Shown one piece after another: positions 1 to 4,905 of a stretch of DNA of 32,000 nt. The stretch covers positions 55,031 through 87,030 of the forward strand of contig JAZQVR010000003.1 in assembly GCA_045631965.1 (NCBI GenBank). The letters run 5' to 3'. A program made the translations under genes and the position numbers. The stretch comes from Acutalibacteraceae bacterium. Its GTDB lineage: Bacteria; Bacillota; Clostridia; Oscillospirales; Acutalibacteraceae. The notes beneath the pieces were generated by a model. That model did no database searches. It was not told the origin of the DNA and worked only from the letters and a program-made list of their open reading frames with translations. Numbering within the stretch: position 1 is the first letter of the stretch; the number at the start of each line of letters is the position of its first letter.

Positions 1-39
1 CGCAAAGAAAAAACAGATATTAGATTTATAATTATATTT

Positions 40-67
40 GACCTCACCTTGTGTGAGGTCTTATTTT
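40..67 (+). terminator. Rho-independent terminator of an off-window upstream plus-strand gene
   Basis: 8-bp stem GACCTCAC/GTGAGGTC (40-47/53-60), 5-nt loop, followed by TTATTTT. Confidence 0.6.
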
Positions 68-269
68 ATGCAACAAAACTTGACTGTTCTGAAATTTCGA
101 AAATCGGTTAATTTTCAGCAATTCTGATTTTTGTCATTCTGAAAGAAGGTGAAGAAACTTAAATCTATTGTTGTTAACAATCGCGGGTAGGGCAGGGGCT
201 TGCCCCTGCCGCAATAAAACAAGCGTAAAAAGAACAAACGGCAGAGGATTGCCTCTGTTCTACGATATT

Positions 270-697
270 GCATGGGTTTCGAGTCCTTTAATTACACAAA
301 AAAATAAGCAGCACACCTAAAGGTGTACTGCTTATTTTGGCGCACCGGAAAGGACGACCGCCTGCTTTGCAGGCTTATGGCTCGCATAAATGCTCGCCGC
401 TCAAAGCTAAAAACAGTTCACTGAACTGTTTTCTTAACGCTTTGACCCTCTCAGGGTTCGAGTCCCTCGAACACAAAAAATAAATGCCGCAACCTAACGG
501 TTACAGCGTTTATTTGGCACGCCGGAAGGGACGACCGCCTGCTTATCGCAGGCTGACGGCTCGCATAAAATGCTTCGCCGCTCAAAGCTAAAAACAGTTC
601 ACTGAACTGTTTTCTTAACGCTTTGACCCTCTCAGGGTTCGAGTCCCTAAATCACACAAAAAAACAAGCAGCACATCTGACGATGTACTGCTTATTT
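270..697. repeat. Tandem ~180-bp units carrying degenerate tRNA-Arg 3'-end-like segments plus terminator-like hairpins
   Basis: Unit heads are TGGCGCACCGGAAAGGAC (338), TGGCACGCCGGAAGGGAC (515) and the true att copy TGGCGCGCTGGAAGGGAC (698), spaced 177 and 183 bp. Cores 338-472 and 515-650 are about 90% identical by eye, with the last ~85 nt identical. Each unit ends GGGTTCGAGTCCCT + A-run + hairpin + T-run. A more degenerate unit end lies at 272-337. Confidence 0.8.
655..697 (-). terminator. Native terminator of tRNA-Arg, displaced from the gene by the insertion
   Basis: 12-bp stem AAGCAGCACATC/GATGTACTGCTT (666-677/683-694). Its single mismatch becomes a G-U wobble only in the minus-strand RNA. 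A T-run follows on the minus strand (plus-strand A-run 657-664). It lies immediately after the partial tRNA copy. Confidence 0.7.
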
Positions 698-743
698 TGG
701 CGCGCTGGAAGGGACTCGAACCCCTGACCTTTTGGTTCGTAGC
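698..743. repeat. attL: 46-bp duplicate of the tRNA-Arg 3' portion (anticodon loop through CCA)
   Basis: TGGCGCGCTGGAAGGGACTCGAACCCCTGACCTTTTGGTTCGTAGC is identical to 9324-9369. The sequences diverge immediately after (TGATAAA versus CAAACAC). Confidence 0.9.
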
Positions 744-845
744 TGATAAAATTTCTTTTTACAACTTTTTGTTACTTGTTACAAATGGCTATATATCAAC
801 ATATTTTGTGCTTTTCTGTTTACGGCGTTTCATCCTTTTTGAACG

Positions 846-880
846 TTTTGTGTACTATTGGTACACAAATGGTACACAAA
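846..880 (+). promoter_or_regulatory. Putative integrase arm-type sites, left arm (GTACACAAA repeats)
   Basis: TTTTGTGTAC (inverted copy) followed by TGGTACACAAA TGGTACACAAA. A near-identical doublet lies at 9221-9243 in the same orientation. Confidence 0.5.
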
Positions 881-892
881 AATCAGGTGTAA

Positions 893-931
893 AATTAAAA
901 TAAAATCGGGTACCGGTGGTGCAGTACCCGA
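893..931 (-). terminator. Rho-independent terminator of the leftward accessory operon
   Basis: 8-bp stem TCGGGTAC/GTACCCGA (906-913/924-931), followed on the minus strand by TTTTATTTTAATTTT. Confidence 0.7.
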
Positions 932-973
932 ATAAATATGTTGATGCTTTATTATTGGTGTTTGGCATTGTTT

Positions 974-1249
974 TTATGATATGAAACAATCTTTTTCGAT
1001 GTTGCTTATTTCACGGCTGAACCGTTCTATATTTGCCGATAAACTATTGTTGACTACGCGCATATATGCAGCACATTTTGAGAAAGTTTCCTCTGAATGG
1101 TTGACTTTTATGGGCTTGTCACTAAAAAGCATTTTTTCTATATCCTGAAGAATATATAGCAAATCGTTTGTTTCTTCTATTACAAGCCCTGCAGCATCAA
1201 ACAGGTCGATAAAGTTTACTTCAACGTTATTAAGTGTTCGTTTATTCAT
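974..1249 (-). CDS. Hypothetical small, likely helical protein (91 aa), island cargo
   Basis: Intact ORF. GGAGAGGA lies upstream of the ATG. Separated by 23 nt from the upstream ORF on the same strand. No motif recognised. Confidence 0.6.
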   Translation of the reverse strand: MNKRTLNNVEVNFIDLFDAAGLVIEETNDLLYILQDIEKMLFSDKPIKVNHSEETFSKCAAYMRVVNNSLSANIERFSREISNIEKDCFIS

Positions 1250-1272
1250 TTTTCTATCCTCTCCTTATTTGT

Positions 1273-1566
1273 CTATTCAACAAAACGAGAAGCGCCAAGT
1301 TTCTGAAGCTCATAATATGCATCGCTTATTAATATACTTGCACACTCCGTGTAAGCCCTATACCTGCTAAAATTGAAAACTATGGTAGAGTGCCTATTTT
1401 TATTTTCTTCATTGAGAGCTCCAAAATATTCGTCTACTGTATCTTCCAACAAATGCTTAGCTCTGTCAAGAGCGATGAAGGCGTTAAGAATACCGTTTTC
1501 AAGTTCAACATTTCTTTTGGTAATAGCTTCGTTGTTCTGTGTTTGTGCAATTGTTTTGTTATTCAT
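1273..1566 (-). CDS. Hypothetical small, likely helical protein (97 aa), island cargo
   Basis: Intact ORF with AAAGGAG 7 nt upstream of the ATG. Similar in size and apparent helical character to the 974-1249 product. Confidence 0.6.
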   Translation of the reverse strand: MNNKTIAQTQNNEAITKRNVELENGILNAFIALDRAKHLLEDTVDEYFGALNEENKNRHSTIVFNFSRYRAYTECASILISDAYYELQKLGASRFVE

Positions 1567-1588
1567 AATAATGCTCCTTTTATATTTC

Positions 1589-1632
1589 TTGACATTCAGG
1601 AGCGGTAAGTTTATAATATACTCAACCGCTCC
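1589..1632 (+). promoter_or_regulatory. Consensus sigma-70 promoter embedded in an 8-bp inverted repeat, antisense to the surrounding operon
   Basis: TTGACA (1589-1594), 17-nt spacer, TATAAT (1612-1617). GGAGCGGT (1599-1606) and ACCGCTCC (1625-1632) bracket the -10 box and the predicted start site. Confidence 0.55.
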
Positions 1633-1689
1633 GGCGGTGGTGTGTGGCTCTTATCTGTGCTTTGGTCGGCGTTCAGATAAGGGCTTTAC

Positions 1690-1983
1690 TTATGCAACGC
1701 TGAAACGCATTGAGGTTGTGGGCTTGCTGAATGCTGCGTAAAGGTCATTGTACTTTGCCTTAAATGCTGTGCTGTCAAAGCGATTCGAAGTAACAGCCTT
1801 GTATCTGAGCTTGAAAACTCCAACCGTCATTTCGTCTGTTCCCTGAGCGGCCATGTGTGCCTTGAGCTCATCTTTGATGCTGTCCGCCTGAGCTGTAGCT
1901 TCCTCAATAAGCTGCTGCAGCTCCTTAAGCTCAATAACCTTTGCATTGATTTCGCTTGTACTCATGTTTGACTTTCCTTTCAT
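1690..1983 (-). CDS. Hypothetical coiled-coil protein (97 aa; more likely 91 aa starting at 1965)
   Basis: Intact ORF. The internal ATG at 1965 has an AAAGGAAAG Shine-Dalgarno 7 nt upstream, whereas the 1983 ATG has none. The N-terminal half is rich in heptad-like E/K/L residues. Confidence 0.65.
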   Translation of the reverse strand: MKGKSNMSTSEINAKVIELKELQQLIEEATAQADSIKDELKAHMAAQGTDEMTVGVFKLRYKAVTSNRFDSTAFKAKYNDLYAAFSKPTTSMRFSVA

Positions 1984-2002
1984 TGTGTGTTATATTAGGA
2001 CT

Positions 2003-2077
2003 GTAACCAAAAGGCTGCAAGCCAGCTTTAGGGATTTAACCGCTTTTCACTTTGCTACGGTGGGCGGTTATTTTTTT
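2003..2077 (+). ncRNA. Putative antisense sRNA (antitoxin-like) of cassette 2
   Basis: Promoter TTGACT (1968-1973), 17-nt spacer, TATATT (1991-1996). Terminator stem AACCGC/GCGGTT plus TTATTTTTTT ends near 2077. The 3' end overlaps the 3' end of the convergent 20-aa ORF by about 10 nt. Confidence 0.45.
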
Positions 2078-2130
2078 ATGGTTATAAGCAATAACAGAAT
2101 CAAAACCAGGATTATTGTTATGTACTCCAT
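2068..2130 (-). CDS. 20-aa hydrophobic peptide MEYITIILVLILLLLITIKK (type I toxin-like or leader peptide)
   Basis: ATG at 2130 preceded by AAGGGGGTGAG. Shares the N-terminus M-x-YIT, the terminal lysines and the flanking sequence TAACCGCC...GCGGTTAAATC with the 32-aa ORF at 3327-3425. Too short for the supplied ORF track. Confidence 0.45.
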   Translation of the reverse strand: MEYITIILVLILLLLITIKK

Positions 2131-2202
2131 AAAGCTCACCCCCTTTCTATGTCCTTGTTCGAGGGAGTTTGCTAACCGTCGCAACCTCTTGATTACAATA
2201 TT

Positions 2203-2231
2203 ATTGTACACTAAAAAATGTACAAAGTCAA
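2203..2231 (-). promoter_or_regulatory. Near-consensus promoter for the cassette-2 peptide transcript
   Basis: On the minus strand: TTGACT (plus AGTCAA 2226-2231), 17-nt spacer, TACAAT (plus ATTGTA 2203-2208). Confidence 0.55.
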
Positions 2232-2256
2232 TGCTTTTTAATTAAAAAGTTAACTA

Positions 2257-2329
2257 AAAAGTGTACAAATATTGCAGCGTAAGTTTGTTAAATATGTACA
2301 TTGAAAAGTGTACAAATATCTGCTATACT
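2257..2329 (+). promoter_or_regulatory. Promoter and repeated operators of the HTH-HTH-zinc ribbon operon
   Basis: TTGAAA (2301-2306), 17-nt spacer, TATACT (2324-2329). The 16-mer AAAAGTGTACAAATAT occurs twice (2257-2272 and 2304-2319), the second copy filling the spacer. Extra TGTACA half-sites lie at 2205-2227 and 2292-2300. Confidence 0.55.
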
Positions 2330-2350
2330 ATGTTATAGTGGGAGGAGAAT

Positions 2351-2611
2351 TTGACTATAACTCCACCCCGAGATTATCGAAATGAGGTGTTTTACGTGTC
2401 CGTATCAGCTGTAATAAAGCAAAGGCTTTCGGAGCTTAATATGACACAAACGGAACTTGCCGAAGCTGTTGGTACTACTCGGCAGAATTTTGCAAACAAA
2501 ATGGCAAGGGATAACTTTTCATCAAAGGAATTGTGCTCCATTGGTGAAGTCTTAGGTGTTAAGCTTGTTTACAAAGATTCAACAGGCAAAGAATATAATA
2601 TTGAGTATTGA
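2351..2611 (+). CDS. XRE-family helix-turn-helix protein (likely GTG start at 2396, 71 aa)
   Basis: The segment IKQRLSELNMTQTELAEAVGTTRQNFANKM is a typical XRE HTH. GAGGTG lies 6 nt upstream of the GTG at 2396. Confidence 0.75.
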   Translation: MTITPPRDYRNEVFYVSVSAVIKQRLSELNMTQTELAEAVGTTRQNFANKMARDNFSSKELCSIGEVLGVKLVYKDSTGKEYNIEY

Positions 2612-2614
2612 GAG

Positions 2615-2836
2615 ATGCATACAATGACAAAGATTGAAGAACGCAGGAAGGCTGCAGGTATGTCCCGGTCAGAACTCTCTCGTCAGTCTGATGTATCGCT
2701 CCGAACCTTGGAAGATTGGGAACACGAAAAAACAATACCAACAAATGTGTATCAGCTTGCCAAGGTTGCAAAGGCTCTGAACTGCCTGATTGAGGATTTA
2801 ATTGTTATTGAAGATTTAACAAGAAAGGAACGATGA
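2615..2836 (+). CDS. XRE-family helix-turn-helix protein (73 aa)
   Basis: The segment RRKAAGMSRSELSRQSDVSLRTLEDWE is a typical XRE HTH. It starts 4 nt after the previous stop codon. Confidence 0.75.
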   Translation: MHTMTKIEERRKAAGMSRSELSRQSDVSLRTLEDWEHEKTIPTNVYQLAKVAKALNCLIEDLIVIEDLTRKER

Positions 2837-3069
2837 TAATGCCGATTAAATTTTCTGATAATCACATCTGCGAAAAGTGCGGAAAGATTTTTGAATGGAA
2901 TTATTTTGAAAGCGTTAGAACTCGTATAGATTCTCCGTACTTTGTTGTTGAAAAAATGCCCACCGACAAAACTTTGGTGCATCGTTTTGAAAAAAGCGAT
3001 GATGGTTATATGGTTGCTGTTAATTGTCCGTATTGTGATTTTTACAACCGATTTGTTTTTACAGATTAA
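2833..3069 (+). CDS. Small zinc-ribbon protein (78 aa)
   Basis: Two CxxC pairs (CEKCGK and CPYCDF). Overlaps the upstream stop codon (ATGA). An alternative ATG at 2839 has better Shine-Dalgarno spacing. Confidence 0.65.
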   Translation: MIMPIKFSDNHICEKCGKIFEWNYFESVRTRIDSPYFVVEKMPTDKTLVHRFEKSDDGYMVAVNCPYCDFYNRFVFTD

Positions 3070-3245
3070 AACAACTCGCTCCGCTGCTCTCTGTTCGTCA
3101 AATTCGCAGTTTGCGTTCGATTTGGTGTAAACGTTCAATGAAAATAAAAAAGCGGTTAAACAGCCGTTTTTAGCTGAATAACCGCATACACTTATTTTAG
3201 TGCAAAGCACTTGACAATATACCCCAAGGGGCATATAATAAAGGT

Positions 3246-3338
3246 GCAAGGCGTTACCGATAGACGGTTTCGCCCTCAATAGTCGAAGATTAAGATTTAA
3301 CCGCCAACTTTCTCAGGGTCCGGCGGTTATTTCTTTTT
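3246..3338 (+). ncRNA. Putative antisense sRNA (type I antitoxin-like) of cassette 1
   Basis: Perfect consensus promoter TTGACA (3211-3216), 17-nt spacer, TATAAT (3234-3239). Terminator stem AACCGCC/GGCGGTT (3299-3305/3322-3328) plus ATTTCTTTTT. No ORF. The 3' end overlaps the last ~12 nt of the convergent 32-aa ORF. Confidence 0.55.
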
Positions 3339-3425
3339 ATGCTCAAGGGCTGTAAAAACAACCCCGATAATGCCGATAATAACAAGTGCGAATTGTAATA
3401 AATCCGAAAGTGTTATGTATTGCAT
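3327..3425 (-). CDS. 32-aa hydrophobic peptide MQYITLSDLLQFALVIIGIIGVVFTALEHKKK (type I toxin-like)
   Basis: ATG at 3425 preceded by GGGGGTGGTG. One predicted TM helix and a lysine tail. Has its own consensus promoter, stands alone, and converges with the sRNA. Too short for the supplied ORF track. Confidence 0.6.
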   Translation of the reverse strand: MQYITLSDLLQFALVIIGIIGVVFTALEHKKK

Positions 3426-3493
3426 AAGCACCACCCCCTTGCGAGGGCAAAGAGTGAAACCGCCTACCGTTCAGGCAACGCCTTACGCAGGGC

Positions 3494-3522
3494 ATTATAG
3501 CCTTTATTTGATGCTTTGTCAA
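3494..3522 (-). promoter_or_regulatory. Perfect consensus promoter for the cassette-1 toxin mRNA
   Basis: On the minus strand: TTGACA (plus TGTCAA 3517-3522), 17-nt spacer, TATAAT (plus ATTATA 3494-3499). Predicts a 5' UTR of about 60 nt. Confidence 0.65.
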
Positions 3523-3608
3523 TATCCGAAGGGAAGTATCAGAAGACGGTGCTGCTCTTGTTATTTGCGGCAAAATCAGGCACTTTTATTGATAAATAAC
3601 TTTTGTGT

Positions 3609-3650
3609 GGCTGCAAGCTTTGTTTAAGGCTTGCGGCCGCTTTTGATTTT
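3609..3650 (+). terminator. Orphan plus-strand intrinsic terminator in a 440-bp non-coding stretch
   Basis: 10-bp stem GGCTGCAAGC/GCTTGCGGCC. Its one non-Watson-Crick position is a G-U only in the plus-strand RNA. GCTTTTGATTTTT follows. I found no convincing promoter upstream. Confidence 0.35.
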
Positions 3651-3866
3651 TATCACCACCGGCTAAGCGTAGTCACATCAGATAAGTTCAACTGTAGTGC
3701 TTAGGCTGCCGAGTGAATTGTTTTCGCATTGCTTTTACTTGCAAAAGGTACTGTATAAGCATTTTGCCATTGCGGGGCAAGGAAGGTGCGGAAGTTGCCT
3801 CTGAAAAATAAAAATAAATTTTGCAGTGGCGGGACACACAACAGGCTCCCAGAAGGAAAAAAAGTA

Positions 3867-4121
3867 TTATTTTATTGAAAATTTCACATCAGCCGCACAA
3901 TCTTTTGCTGCTTGCCCAAGGATAAAACCTGCAGTCAATGCTTGTGTTGCAATTTCTTTACTAATCTCGTCAACATAATCTTCTAAAATTAAGCTAAGTT
4001 CGTCATCTGAAATACCGAGCGATTTTAAATAATCGACAAGCTTCTTTTCACGTTCTGTTCGCTCGTCTGTTTCGCAAGCAAAATCGACGAAATTTTCACC
4101 TTTGACGGTAATAACAAACAT
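3867..4121 (-). CDS. Hypothetical acidic protein (84 aa)
   Basis: Intact ORF with AAAGGAG 8 nt upstream of the ATG. Confidence 0.6.
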   Translation of the reverse strand: MFVITVKGENFVDFACETDERTEREKKLVDYLKSLGISDDELSLILEDYVDEISKEIATQALTAGFILGQAAKDCAADVKFSIK

Positions 4122-4192
4122 AAATAAATCTCCTTTACCTTTTTAAAATTGTAACTTCTTTTGCTATTTTTAATAGCGTGTTGAGGATCCGC

Positions 4193-4546
4193 TCAAGAAC
4201 CGATCATACCAACCCCTACAGCGCGGTTATAAAGCTCAATCATAGCCTCGCGATAAAGCTTATAACAACTATCGCGGCTAAGGTCCATATCCTTGTTTAT
4301 TTTTCGCCAGGATAAGCCTAAAATAAAACGCTTTTCAATGAGTGTTTTTTCCCGGCTAACATCGAGTAACACAATAATCCGCTCAACGTCGCGCATAATA
4401 GCTTGACTGCGTGTACGCTGCTGCCGGGCATAGGCTGTATCTATTCCTTCAAGTGAGCGGCAGTTTTCCTCTGCCGGTAAATACCGGCTTAGATATTCTT
4501 TTGTTGTTTGAAGCTTGAAGCGGTCTATTTCTGATAATTTTTTCAT
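4193..4546 (-). CDS. Sigma-70 region-4-like / ArpU-RinA-like transcriptional regulator (117 aa)
   Basis: The C-terminal segment EKRFILGLSWRKINKDMDLSRDSCYKLYREAMIELY resembles a sigma region 4 HTH. Strong Shine-Dalgarno (GGAGGT). Sits downstream of the replication module, as in Gram-positive satellites and phages. Confidence 0.6.
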   Translation of the reverse strand: MKKLSEIDRFKLQTTKEYLSRYLPAEENCRSLEGIDTAYARQQRTRSQAIMRDVERIIVLLDVSREKTLIEKRFILGLSWRKINKDMDLSRDSCYKLYREAMIELYNRAVGVGMIGS

Positions 4547-4589
4547 AATATTACCTCCTACAAGCTCCGGGCGGTGTGTAAAATATAAG

Positions 4590-4905
4590 GCATGACAAAA
4601 TCAAGGTTTTCGAATGACAAAATTAATGACAAAAATAATAGCCTTTTTGTCACCTTAATATCGCTGTATATCAACGGTTTGGGGCTTTTGTGTCAAAAGT
4701 GACAAATTTTTTGGAATTGCTTTTCGTGTGTGCGTGTGCGCACGTGCGAGATAAAATATATTATAATGCGTGCGTGTGTGTGAGCGGCTAATTGATATTT
4801 TTTGTCATTTTTGTCACAAATAGAAAAAAGCTATATTTATCAACGGATTTAGCGTGACAAAATCGGTGACAAATTTGCAATTTAGTGACATTTTTTTGTC
4901 ACGGT
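4590..4905. other. Putative replication origin: iterons flanking a GT/GC-rich tract and an AT-rich core
   Basis: At least 10 copies of TGACAAA(A) in both orientations (4593, 4615, 4626, 4645 inverted, 4689-4706, 4800-4817, 4854-4873, 4885-4902). TATCAACGG(T/A)TT is duplicated (4669, 4838). The core CGTGTGTGCGTGTGCGCACGTGCGAG-ATAAAATATATTATAA-TGCGTGCGTGTGTGTGAGCGG spans 4724-4787. The region lies directly 3' of the primase-helicase gene. Confidence 0.6.

Noticed and set aside
338-650. The possibility that the ~135-nt repeat cores are real tRNA genes, tRNAs with introns, or tmRNA
   Set aside because: I could not find a matching 5' acceptor strand or form D and anticodon arms on either strand. 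Only the acceptor/T-arm fragments resemble a tRNA. I report them as tRNA-derived repeats instead.
697-903. 68-aa plus-strand ORF spanning the att repeat
   Set aside because: It starts inside the duplicated tRNA fragment and runs through the arm-site repeats. It has no Shine-Dalgarno and a low-complexity hydrophobic translation. It is most likely spurious.
2752-3279. 175-aa minus-strand ORF
   Set aside because: It is antisense to three well-supported, translationally coupled plus-strand genes, and it runs across a consensus plus-strand promoter.
3343-3627. 76-aa (minus) and 85-aa (plus) ORFs in the track
   Set aside because: Neither has a Shine-Dalgarno. They overlap each other and the much better supported 32-aa ORF with its promoter. 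Their compositions (Cys/Arg-rich) look like non-coding translation.
4722-4787. GTGCGTGTG-type repeats as a possible CRISPR array or microsatellite
   Set aside because: There are only two short degenerate tracts flanking an AT-rich core inside an iteron field, with no repeat-spacer periodicity. They are better explained as part of the origin.
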